A stretch of 64,000 nucleotides of DNA. Origin: Candidatus Eiseniibacteriota bacterium. GTDB taxonomy: Bacteria > Eisenbacteria > RBG-16-71-46. The position numbers were made by a program, and so were the translations under genes. Positions 18,920 to 28,615 of this stretch are shown piece after piece (within the stretch, counting starts at the first letter, position 1; the number at the start of each line of letters is the position of its first letter). Location of the stretch: positions 1 to 64,000 of the forward strand of contig JBBRLX010000002.1 in assembly GCA_038231135.1 (NCBI GenBank). Direction: 5' to 3'. Below the pieces are notes generated by a model. The model ran no database searches. It worked only from the letters and a program-made list of their open reading frames with translations, and was not told the DNA's origin.

Positions 18920-19034
18920 TCTTACCCGGACACTGCACGGCGGTCTTGAGCCTGCCTCCACGGCACAGCGCGATTCCGCTATCCTCCCCGAATTCCCAGG
19001 CGGTTCGCGCCGACCCATCGAATTCGGAGTCACC

Positions 19035-21226
19035 ATGCGCCGTTGGATCCTGCTGGCTCTCGCTTGCATCACGGTCATGTCCGCCACCGCGCCGCGCCTG
19101 CCCCACACCGCGAAGAAACCGGTCGAGGACAAGTACTACGGCGAAACGATCAAGGACGACTATCGCTGGCTCGAGGATTGGAAGGATCCGGCGGTCAAAG
19201 CGTGGAGCGACTCGGAGAACGCGGTCGCGCGCGCGTATTTCGACAGCCTGCCCACGCGCAAGGCGGTGCTCCAGAACATCGAGGCGCTGACAAAGAGCCC
19301 GTACCCGTCGTGGCCCCAAGTCCGCCACGCGGGTCACTACTGGTTCGCGCTCGAGAACCGGCCGCCCAAGCAGCAGCCGCGACTGGTGCGGCTCACGTCG
19401 CTCGATGCCCTGGGCAGCGAAAAAGTGCTCGTCGATCCCAACGCGATCGACCCGTCCGGCGCGACGACGATCGACTACTTCGAGCCGTCGCTCGACGGCT
19501 CGATGGTGGCGGTGTCGATGTCGAAGGGCGGCACCGAGTCGGGCACCGCCTATGTCTACGAAACGGCCACCGGTAAGAAGCTGTCCGACGAAGTGCCCGG
19601 CGTGAACGGCGGCACCGCCGGCGGCAGCCTGTCGTGGAATGCGGACTGCACGGGCTTCTGGCGCACGCGCTATCCCGTCACAGGCGAGCGACCCGCGGCG
19701 GACCTCGACTTCTACCTGCAGGTCTACTTCCACAAGCTCGGCACGCCGGCGTCGAAGGACGTGCTGGTGGCGGGGCGCGACTTCCCGAAGATCGCGGAGG
19801 TGAACCTCAGCTCCTCGGACGACGGCAAGTGGGTGCTGGCGGACGTGCTCAATGGCGACGGCGGCGACCACGCGATGTACCTGGCCGACGCGTCGAAGGC
19901 GATGGGCGGCTACGGCGCGTTCCAGAAGATCTCGAGCTTCGAGGATCGCATCGTCGACGCGAAGTTCGGCTCCGGCGACCTGTTCCTGCTGTCGCGCAAG
20001 GGGGCGCCCAAGGGCAAGGTAATCCGACTGCCGCTCGGCATGACGGACCTGTCGAAGGCCTCGGTGGTGGTGCCCGAGGGTGACGGCGGCATCGAGTGGT
20101 TCACGCCGGCCGGCGACCTGCTCTACGTCGAGGAGATCGCGGGCGGCCCGTCGCGCGTGCAGATCTTCGACAGCCACGGGGCCGATCGCGGCGTCATGCC
20201 GATCCCCCCGGCGAGCACGATCGGCGCGATCGAGAAGGGCGGCGGCGGCGATGTCGCGGTGCAGATCGGCACCTACACCCATCCCGGGCGCTGGTCGCGA
20301 TTCACGCCCGCGAAGAAGACCCTCACACCCACGGCGCTGGTCGCCAGGTCGCCGCCCACTACGACGACATCGAAGTGCGCACGGTGGAGGCGATCTCCAA
20401 GGACGGCACCAAGGTGCCGCTCACGATCCTCATGCCGAAGGGTCTCGTGACGGGTTCCCACACGCCGGCGATCCTGACTGGCTACGGCGGCTACGGCATC
20501 AGCCAGCGGCCCGGGTTCAGCCCGACGCGCCGCGTGTGGTTCGACCAGGGCGGCATCCTCGCGATCGCGCACACCCGCGGCGGCGACGAGTTCGGCGACG
20601 CGTGGCACCTGGCCGGCAATCTCACGCGCAAGCAGAACGTGTTCGACGACTTCGCCGCCTGCGCCCAGTACCTGATCGACCATCACTACACGTCCGCGAA
20701 GGCGCTCGCCTGCCAGGGCGGGAGCAACGGCGGATTGCTGATGGGCGCGATGATCACCCAGCATCCCGAGCTGTTCCGCGCGGTGGTCACGAGCGTCGGC
20801 ATCTACGACATGCTGCGCGTCGAGCTGTCGCCGAACGGACTGTTCAACATCACCGAGTTCGGCACCGTGAAGGACAAGGCGCAGTACGCCGCGCTGCGCG
20901 CGTATTCGCCGTACCAGCACGTCGTCGACGGGCGGAAGTACCCGGCGGTGCTGTTCACCACCGGCGGCAACGATCCCCGTGTCGATCCGATGAACTCGCG
21001 CAAGATGGCGGCGCGGCTCCAGGCGGCGGACGCGTCGAACCACCCGATCCTGCTGCGCACCGACGCCCGCGTCGGTCATGGCATCGACAGCCCGCTGTCG
21101 GCGCGCAACGAGCTGTCCGCCGACATGTACTCGTTCATGATGAGCCAGCTCGGCGTGAAGTATCGCGAGAAGCAACCACTCAAGCCGACCATGAAGCCGC
21201 AGCCGGAGAAGATTTCGGCGAAGTAG
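19035..21226 (+). pseudogene. Prolyl oligopeptidase (S9A) with signal peptide, split by one frameshift near 20354
   Basis: DDYRWLED and the propeller in frame 1; SKDGTKVP, GYGG, GGSNGG, DPRV and GHG in the second frame; real lesion or sequencing error. Confidence 0.88.
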
Positions 21227-21293
21227 GGTTGGAAGTAACGCAATTCGGCGGGGCTTGCGGGGGCGATGTCTCCGCCGGCCCGCCGTGCTGCTG

Positions 21294-22496
21294 CTACCGC
21301 GCCAGCTGAATCACCAGCCCCGCCGCGCACGCTCCCAGCGCGACCCGCGCCTCCCACGGCACCGCGTTCCCGGGCTCGGGCCGGCGTGACACCACGCCGA
21401 CGGCCTCGCGCATCTGGCGCATGGCCACGGTGAGGCTCGCGATCCACGCGAACGCCAGCGCCAGCATCACCCACGGCCGGCCGCTGCGGCTCACGTCGCG
21501 TGCAGCCTCGAGCCACACGAATGCGCCGGGGGTGCCGGGCACGCCGGCGAGCGAGAACAACGCGTAGAGCCCCGCGACTCCGGCCACGGCGTGGCGGCGG
21601 AACAGTACGGGCGGTGTGCCGGGGCGCGCGTCGGCAACCGGCAGGAACCGCGCGAGGATCGCGGCGCCCGACAGCGCGAGCACGAGATGCGCCGACCAGC
21701 GCGGGACGACGCCCGCAATCACGCCGGCGCCGCCCACTCCGGCGCGCGCGAACGCCAGCATCGCGAGCAGCAGCCCGCCGTTGAGGCTCGCGAGCGTGCC
21801 CACGCGGCGCTCGGGGCGGCGTTGCACGAGGAGCGTGAGGCCGCCGATCGCGAACGCCAGCGCGGCGACGATCGCGAGCAGCTCGGTGACGGCACGCGCG
21901 CCGTCGTGGAACCCCTCGATGCCGGCGATGCGTGCGGCGAGCCACTCGGCGCCGCACACCTGCAGCGCCACGACCGCGAGCGGCGCGAGCCACGCCGGCG
22001 CGCCCTGCAGCAGATCGGCAGCCCAGAAGTGGAACGGCGCGCCGCCGAGCAGTACGACGCCGAGCAGCAGCGACAGCGGCAGCGCGGTGCGCCACAGGAA
22101 GTCGGGGTCGATCCCCATCTCGAGCACGGCCCATTGCTCAGTCGTGTACGGCGTGCCCGTCGAGATCTGCAGCAGCATCACGCCGGCCCACGACAGCGCG
22201 AGTGCCGCGCCCAACACCCACAGCAGCTTGATCGCGCATTCGCTCTGCAGCAGGTTGTCGCGGTCGCGCGCGAGCAGCGCGATGACGAGGCCGAGCACCA
22301 GCATCAGCCCGCCGGGCCCCGCCGCGGCTGCGAGCCCCGCGGCGCCGGCAAGCGGCACCAGCACGATCGCGGTGCTCAACTCGAACAGGTCCACGCGGCC
22401 GCGCCGGTCGAGCGCCAGCATCAGCACACCGGTGGCGAGCGCGATCAGCGGCGCGATCAGCGGCGCCTGGGCGGCGAGCACGGCCATCGCGTTCAT
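21294..22496 (-). CDS. NuoN/MrpD-like antiporter-fold membrane protein, degenerate
   Basis: ECAIK, APFHFWAADLLQGAP and FSLAGVPGTPG correspond to NuoN EAxIKY, PFHxWxPDVYxGAP and SLAGIPxxxGF. Confidence 0.8.
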   Translation of the reverse strand: MNAMAVLAAQAPLIAPLIALATGVLMLALDRRGRVDLFELSTAIVLVPLAGAAGLAAAAGPGGLMLVLGLVIALLARDRDNLLQSECAIKLLWVLGAALALSWAGVMLLQISTGTPYTTEQWAVLEMGIDPDFLWRTALPLSLLLGVVLLGGAPFHFWAADLLQGAPAWLAPLAVVALQVCGAEWLAARIAGIEGFHDGARAVTELLAIVAALAFAIGGLTLLVQRRPERRVGTLASLNGGLLLAMLAFARAGVGGAGVIAGVVPRWSAHLVLALSGAAILARFLPVADARPGTPPVLFRRHAVAGVAGLYALFSLAGVPGTPGAFVWLEAARDVSRSGRPWVMLALAFAWIASLTVAMRQMREAVGVVSRRPEPGNAVPWEARVALGACAAGLVIQLAR

Positions 22497-23890
22497 CGCA
22501 GCAGCGGCAGCACCATGGCCAGCACTCCGAGCCCGACGAGGAACAGCAGGTACTCCTGCGCGTCGCCGGTGTGCAGGTCGTGAATCGCGCCGGTGACGCC
22601 GCCGGTGACCTGGCGCAGCGCCGCGAGCACGCGACGCTCGACGTGTACGACCAGCTCGAAGATCCGCTGCGCCAGCGCGCGCGGCGCATCACCCTGCGTG
22701 CCGAGCCGTTCCCACACGGCGCGCGTGCGCGTCTGGCGCGCCAGCACCGCGAGCCACCCGCCCACCGCGGCAGGCGCGAGTGCCAGCAGCGAACTGCGCC
22801 ACGGCGGCTCGAAGCCTCCCCACCACGCGACGGCGAGCGCCAGCGGGCCGAGCATCAGCACGGCGATCGCGGCCGCATGGCTGGACGTGAGCGCGGGATC
22901 GGGGCGCATCACCTTGCGGCGCTCCTCGGCGCTGTGCATGCGTGCCACCGACAGCCACGCCGCGATTGCGGTGGCGATCGCGATGCCGGGCACGATCAGC
23001 GCGTTCACGCGGCTGGGGCGCACGCCGTGGGCGATCATCGCCGGCCACGCGAGCGACGCGAGCGCGGTCCAGCTCGCGGCGCGCCACAGCCGCGTGAGCT
23101 GGACGCCCCGGCGCGGCGCCGAGCCGCGCAGCTCGCCCACCAGCAGGAACACGTGGGTGCCGCACGCCGCGAACCACAGCAGCAACGACGCCAGCGGCGT
23201 CACGCGATTGCCGGCCACGAGCAGCGCCGCGAGCGCGCAGTCCGTGACGACGAGCCAGCGCAGGCTCGCGGTCCAGGAGCGCCGCGCATAGGCGCGCAGC
23301 ACCGCGAGCACCGCGGTGACGGTCAGCAGCACCATCGCCGTAAGCCGCACGAACGGCACGTCGATCCAGTGCTCGGACTGCCGCCACAACACCGCGAACC
23401 CCGCCGCCGGCAGCAGCGCGGGCAGCCAGATGCGCGTGCCGAGGAACGGCCCCGGCAGGTCCGAGAACGCGCGCGCCATCGGCAGCGCGGCGAGCAGCTC
23501 GAGCCCGGCCCACACCACCGCACCCGCTTCGATCACGCGGAACAGCGCCACCCATGCCACCGTGGCGCCGCCGTGCATCGCCTGCAGCACGCCGCGCGCG
23601 GGCAGCGGCGGGCCGTGGCCATGCGCCAGCACCGGGAACGCGGCGTGGATCGCGAACGCGAGCCATAGCGCCGTCGCCGGCCGCCGCACCCAGCTCCAGC
23701 GCATCACCTGCTCGGGCGCATCGTCCGCCGCGCGCGCCCAGCACCAGAACGCGGCACCGATCAACTCGATGCCGATGGCGCCCGCGAGCAACGACCGCAC
23801 CCACAGCAGTGCCGCGCCCACGATGCACAGCGCGATCCCCAGCCGGCGGGGATCGGTGCTCCAGCTCCAGACCTCGCGCGCGCGCCGCAT
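22493..23890 (-). CDS. Multi-pass membrane protein, NuoL/HyfB/MrpA-like, highly diverged
   Basis: Many TM segments; C-terminal amphipathic stretch then LHTGDAQEYLL, like NuoL/HyfB ends; start and stop overlap both neighbours. Confidence 0.6.
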   Translation of the reverse strand: MRRAREVWSWSTDPRRLGIALCIVGAALLWVRSLLAGAIGIELIGAAFWCWARAADDAPEQVMRWSWVRRPATALWLAFAIHAAFPVLAHGHGPPLPARGVLQAMHGGATVAWVALFRVIEAGAVVWAGLELLAALPMARAFSDLPGPFLGTRIWLPALLPAAGFAVLWRQSEHWIDVPFVRLTAMVLLTVTAVLAVLRAYARRSWTASLRWLVVTDCALAALLVAGNRVTPLASLLLWFAACGTHVFLLVGELRGSAPRRGVQLTRLWRAASWTALASLAWPAMIAHGVRPSRVNALIVPGIAIATAIAAWLSVARMHSAEERRKVMRPDPALTSSHAAAIAVLMLGPLALAVAWWGGFEPPWRSSLLALAPAAVGGWLAVLARQTRTRAVWERLGTQGDAPRALAQRIFELVVHVERRVLAALRQVTGGVTGAIHDLHTGDAQEYLLFLVGLGVLAMVLPLLR

Positions 23891-24549
23891 CAGTCGTGCA
23901 GATCGTGCGCGTCGGCGACCCACGGGCTCGCGGCCACCCGCACGCGCGTGCGGCCGGCGCGCACGGCGAGCGAGCAGCCGAGGGTGGTGGCGAGCAGGAT
24001 CGAGTAGCCCGGCCCCACCGGTTCCTCGAGCAGCCCGCCCGCGGCCACGCGTTCGATGATCTGGAGGCCGAGGCCCAGCATTGCGATGCCGATCGCGAGC
24101 CGAACGGTGTGACGCCGCAGCATCAGGTGGAGCAGCCCGAGGCACAGCACGAGGATGCCGTAGGTCGCGCGGCGTCCCGGATCCGCCGGCAGGTTCTGAC
24201 GCGCCACCGCCACCACCAGCAGGACCAGCACCGAAATGCCGAGCAGCAGCCCGACCATGCTCGTCTCGAGCAGACCCGTGCGGCGTCCCCGGCTCGGCGT
24301 CTGCCGCGGCACGCGCTCGCTGTACACCGCCCACGCGAGCAGCGCCCACAGCACGATCCAGCCGAGCCTGAGCAGCGGCGGATCGACGAGCGTGGACGTC
24401 ATCGCGAGCGCCGCGGCGACCCCGAGGGTGCCCACGCGGGCGACCACCCGGCCGGGCAGGAACACCAGGAGGATCATGAGCCCGACCGGCAGGAACCACG
24501 CGAGCACGTCGGTGGGGGGCAACTGGGTCCACGAATCGAGGAACCGCAC
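23890..24549 (-). CDS. HyfE/NuoK-like membrane protein
   Basis: 219 aa; GLLHLMLRRHTVRLAIGI and the C-terminus WVADAHDLHD resemble NuoK/MnhC/HyfE. Confidence 0.6.
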   Translation of the reverse strand: MRFLDSWTQLPPTDVLAWFLPVGLMILLVFLPGRVVARVGTLGVAAALAMTSTLVDPPLLRLGWIVLWALLAWAVYSERVPRQTPSRGRRTGLLETSMVGLLLGISVLVLLVVAVARQNLPADPGRRATYGILVLCLGLLHLMLRRHTVRLAIGIAMLGLGLQIIERVAAGGLLEEPVGPGYSILLATTLGCSLAVRAGRTRVRVAASPWVADAHDLHD

Positions 24550-24634
24550 GGATCATCCCTCCATCCATGGATCGGCCGGGTACGGGCCGCCGCAGTCACT
24601 CCGCGGGGTTCAAGGCCCCGGGGGCGAACTCGAA

Positions 24635-25102
24635 TCAGGGAATGAAAACGCTTTCGGCCGAGAGCAACGTGGACAGGAACCCCTCGGGGCTCTTCGCCTC
24701 GCGCAGGCTCGTGCGGACGGTTTCTTCCTTGAGCAGCCGCGACAGGTTCGCGAGCGCGCGCACGTGCAACGTGGTGGCCTGCTCGGGCGAGACGAACAGC
24801 ACGATGAGGTAGACCGGCTGACCGTCCTCGGACTCGAAATCGATGCCCTCGGGGATCACCGCGACGGCGGCCGCCATCCGGTCGACCGAGCGCGCCTTGC
24901 CGTGGGGAATGGCCAGGCCGTTGCCGATCCCGGTGCTCATCATGGCTTCCCGGCGCATCACCCGGTCGAGGATCTCGCCCTGGCTGTTGAACTGGTGAGC
25001 CGACTCCAGCACGTCGACCAGTTCGACCAGCGCTTCGCGCTTGGTCCGGGCCTTGAGCTTCAGCGTGACCGCATTGGAATTCAACAGCTCTGACAGCCTC
25101 AT
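24635..25102 (-). CDS. PTS EIIA protein (Ntr/fructose type)
   Basis: RREAMMSTGIGNGLAIPHGK with the phospho-His, GIDFESEDGQPV, HVRALA. Confidence 0.92.
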   Translation of the reverse strand: MRLSELLNSNAVTLKLKARTKREALVELVDVLESAHQFNSQGEILDRVMRREAMMSTGIGNGLAIPHGKARSVDRMAAAVAVIPEGIDFESEDGQPVYLIVLFVSPEQATTLHVRALANLSRLLKEETVRTSLREAKSPEGFLSTLLSAESVFIP

Positions 25103-25148
25103 GGCGGTCCGCCCCTCGCGAGCAATTCAAAGACAGACAATGAGTTCC

Positions 25149-25178
25149 AACCTAATGACCATGCCTCCGGGGTGTCAA
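25149..25178 (-). promoter_or_regulatory. sigma70-type promoter for the EIIA operon
   Basis: Minus strand TTGACA-N18-TAGGTT, about 46 bp before the ATG. Confidence 0.5.
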
Positions 25179-25457
25179 GGCGAAAACCCCGAAACGAGCC
25201 ATTTTCGCGACGCGGCGGGTGAGCTTGGAACCGGGATCTCGACGGGCTGAATTCGTCGGAGCCGGGAGGCAACCCCCGCGTTCGCCGCGGGGCTTCATCG
25301 GAGCTCTCGAGGGGCTCAGCTGTCGCCGATCCCGTGGTTCGATCGGCTGCTCCGGTCCGAGTCCGCGCGGCCTCTTCATGGTGGGTCGTTGGTTCACTGG
25401 GTCGGCGGGTACTCAAAAACGCAATGCGTACGTCCACCATTCGGCAACGCCGTAGGT

Positions 25458-25531
25458 GCTCCGAACCCGCTCCGAACGCGGCTCGAAACGCCGTCGAACC
25501 CGCGCCAAACGCGCGCTCGCTGTGGTAAGAT
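25458..25531 (+). promoter_or_regulatory. Phased 11-bp repeats followed by an extended -10 upstream of the GGDEF gene
   Basis: Five units such as GCTCCGAACCC and GCTCCGAACGC with AA at 25464, 25475, 25486, 25497 and 25508; TGgTAAGAT at 25523-25531. Confidence 0.45.
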
Positions 25532-25639
25532 ATTGCAACATCAGGGGCGCTGTGCCCCGTTGCCCGACACATCATTGCGGAACTCCCCGAGGTTCAAGGA
25601 ACGAACTGGGGCCGCCTCGGCAGGGAGGCAGTTCGATCC

Positions 25640-26974
25640 ATGAAGCGTAAGGCCATCGGTTTTCGCGAGCTTCTCGAGCGCTTGCTGCCCGTGGAGCAGC
25701 TTTCGCCTGCCGAGCGCACACGAGTCCGGCGCGCGCTTACCCATGGTTCCAATAATCAGATCGAGCAGGCCGCGTTCGTGGCGCTCGACCGGCTCGAACA
25801 ACTCGGGGCGATCCGACGCCTGCCGGTGACCGACGGCAACTCCGACCGGATGCGGTTCCAGTCGGCGCATGCGCTCGATGTGATCACGATCGAGCTGCCG
25901 CCGACGATCCACCAGGACGGCATCGACCTGCATCCCCGCGTGGCGCTGCTGTCGCGGGCACTCACCGGCAGCGAGCAGGTGCGCCGACTCATGCGGCTCG
26001 ACGATCCGCTGGTATTCTCCGATCCCCGCCGCGGCAACGCGCGGGCGGGGTTGATCGAGCTGCTGGACCAGACCGGCAGCGAGCTGATGGGCGGGACCTC
26101 GGTGCGGTTCCTGCCGCGGCTCACCGATGACGGCCTCGCGGAGGAGGCGCCGTTCGACGCCGTGCTGGCACTCAAGGCCCGTTCGGACCCGCGCTTCATC
26201 ATCGCGTGCGATGACACCGCCCAGTCGCGGCAGTTGCAGGACGCCGGCCTCCAGCGTCAGGCTCGCTCGGTGGCGCTCGCGGGCGTGTTCTCGGAGGACG
26301 GTGAATCGCTGGGGCACCTGGAGGCGCTCGCGCCCGAGGCCCAGGCGTTCGGCGCGCAGGAGCGGGCGATGCTGGCGTTGCTCGCCGATTCCTGCGCGTT
26401 CTCGTGGGAGCGCTCGACGCGCATCGAGAAGCTGGTGTTCATCGATCCCATGACGGGCGCGTTCAACCGCTCGTACTTCGACCGGCAGATGCTGAACGAG
26501 ATGGCGCGCGCCGAGCGGGAGCGCACGTCGTTCGCGCTGTGCATCGTCGACATCGACAACTTCAAGAACGTGAACACCACCTACGGCTACGAGGCCGGCA
26601 ACCGCGTGCTCGAGCACGTGGCGCGCACGCTGCAGACCGGCGTGCGGCCGTTCGACACGGTGGCGCGCTGGGGCGGCGAGGAATTCGCGGTGCTGCTGAC
26701 CGGGCCCGTGCAGGGCGATGGCGTCGTCACGATCTGCGAGCGACTGCGTGGCCTCGTCGAGCGGCAGAAGGTCACGGTCGAAGCGCTCGACCGCAGGTCG
26801 CACGAGATCTCGGTGACGGTGAGCATGGGCGTGGCGGTGTTCCCCGACGATCAGAGCGAGCCCCAGGACCTGTTCAACGCCGCGAATACCGCGCTGCTGC
26901 GCGCCAAGCTCCCGCCCAAGAACCGCGTGGCGTACTATCGACCTCCGGAACAGTGGAAGGCCCGCTCGCGCTGA
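25640..26974 (+). CDS. GAF + GGDEF domain protein
   Basis: DPMTGAFNR, DIDNFKNVN, RPFD I-site, RWGGEEF; GAF-like region upstream. Confidence 0.93.
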   Translation: MKRKAIGFRELLERLLPVEQLSPAERTRVRRALTHGSNNQIEQAAFVALDRLEQLGAIRRLPVTDGNSDRMRFQSAHALDVITIELPPTIHQDGIDLHPRVALLSRALTGSEQVRRLMRLDDPLVFSDPRRGNARAGLIELLDQTGSELMGGTSVRFLPRLTDDGLAEEAPFDAVLALKARSDPRFIIACDDTAQSRQLQDAGLQRQARSVALAGVFSEDGESLGHLEALAPEAQAFGAQERAMLALLADSCAFSWERSTRIEKLVFIDPMTGAFNRSYFDRQMLNEMARAERERTSFALCIVDIDNFKNVNTTYGYEAGNRVLEHVARTLQTGVRPFDTVARWGGEEFAVLLTGPVQGDGVVTICERLRGLVERQKVTVEALDRRSHEISVTVSMGVAVFPDDQSEPQDLFNAANTALLRAKLPPKNRVAYYRPPEQWKARSR

Positions 26975-27131
26975 CCGTTCCCCCGCCCCGTCTCGCGGCC
27001 AGACTGGGGCGAAAGCCGCCACGGCCGCGCCCGCTCGCGGCGCGACATCGAAGCCCGCGCCGATTCCCACCGCCGTACCTGGCGAAGTCGACGCCACGGC
27101 GCTCTCGGGCAGCTATAAGTCGGGCTCCACG

Positions 27132-27434
27132 GTGATCGTCATCACCGCCAGCCCGAGCGGCAAGACCGAGATCGAAGCCGGCAAGTGGGACGCGATGGGG
27201 TTCTTCGACGGCGTGCGATTTGTCGGGCTGCTGCGCGTCCTCGACGCGCAGGGCACTGTGCTCACCCCAGGCGGATACGACCCGCTGCGGTTCGAGGTCC
27301 AGAGCGACCTCTCGATCAACGCGGTCCTGGGCACGAGCGGGGCGGGCAAGGCGATGCGCATGGAGCACTGGACGCGACGGAACGTCGAGAAGGCGCCGGC
27401 GCCGCCCACCGAGTCCTGCCCCGGGACTTGCTGC
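27132..27434 (+). pseudogene. Fragment of an unknown gene joined to the IS66 remnant
   Basis: Coding-like frame of about 100 aa ending at the IS66 junction; no clear start. Confidence 0.3.
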
Positions 27435-28495
27435 GGCTGCAGGGCAGCCTGTTCCTGGCCGACATCGCGGCGGAAGCCGAACGACTCGCCGAGCAGCACC
27501 GGGTCGTCGCCACGGTCGAAGTGCCGGCGCATACGCGACCGAAGGGCAAGCACCGCGGCGAGTTCCCCGACCATCTGCCCCTCGTGTGCACGGTGTGCGA
27601 GCTCAGGGACGAAGACCGCGTCTGCGCCTGCGGCGGTGAGCTGAAGCCCTTCGGCGAAGAGACCTCGCGCGAGCTGGAGCGTATCGAGACCTCGATCGTG
27701 CACGAGATCGCGCGCACGAAGTACGCATGCGCGAAGTGCCACGAAGGCGTCGTCACCGCACCCTGGCGCGGCAAGGTGATCGACAAGGGCCTGCTGGGTC
27801 CCGGGTTTCTGGCGCACGTGATCACCGAGCGCTTCGCGAACACCTGCCGTACTACCGGCTCGAGGGCAAATACAAGGCGGAAGGTCTCGACCTGTCGCGC
27901 TCGGTGCTGTGCGAGTCGATGGCGCGCTGCGCCGAACTGCTGGAGCCGATCGCCGAAGTGCTGCGCAACGAGGTGCTCGCCTCCGGAGTGGTCCACACCG
28001 ACGACAAGCCGGTGACGCGGCCAAGTCGGCCGAAGACGGAGCACGGCAGGCTCGCGTGTGGATGTACCTCAATCGCGAAGGCCGGCACTGGTAGGAGTTC
28101 ACCGCAGCCGCAAACGTGATGGACCGGCGCGCGCTCAAGGACTTCACCGGCTACCTGCAGGCCGATGCCTATGGCGGCTACGACCACCTGTTCTTCCCCG
28201 GTGGAGCGACGGAGGTGGCGTGCTGGGCGCACGTCCGTCGCAGGTTCGTCGACGCCGAGGCGACCGACCCGGGGTTGGCGAAGGAGGCCATCGACCGGAT
28301 CCGGATGCTGTTTCAGATCGAGGAGGCAGCGAAAGATCTCGACGACGCGGAGCGCGCCGAACTGCGACGGGCGCGTGCGCGACCACTGCTCGACGAGTTC
28401 CACGCCTGGCTCGAGCTCGCGGAAACGCAGGCATTGCCGAAGTCACCACTCGGCAGGGCGATCACCTATGCGCGCAACCAGTGGCCCGCGTTGCA
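27435..28495 (+). pseudogene. tnpC: IS66 transposase TnpC, internal fragment with frameshifts and a stop
   Basis: CACGGEL..FGEE, KYACAKC, LPYYRL, HTDD, LQADAY, EVACWAHVRR, PKSPLGRAITY spread over several frames; 27435-27644 homologous to 649-858. Confidence 0.92.
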
Positions 28496-28615
28496 GATTC
28501 ATTTGCCTCGTGCCGGTTGTCGGAGACTCCCCCTAATTCCTTGCGATATTTGACCGTTGCCGAACTACACTTGCATTGGGAGCATCCCTGCCACTCCAGC
28601 CCTTGAGGTCAAAAC

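Noticed and set aside
18920..19034. Integration at tRNA-Lys
   Set aside because: No duplicate of its 3' end noticed downstream and no adjacent integrase
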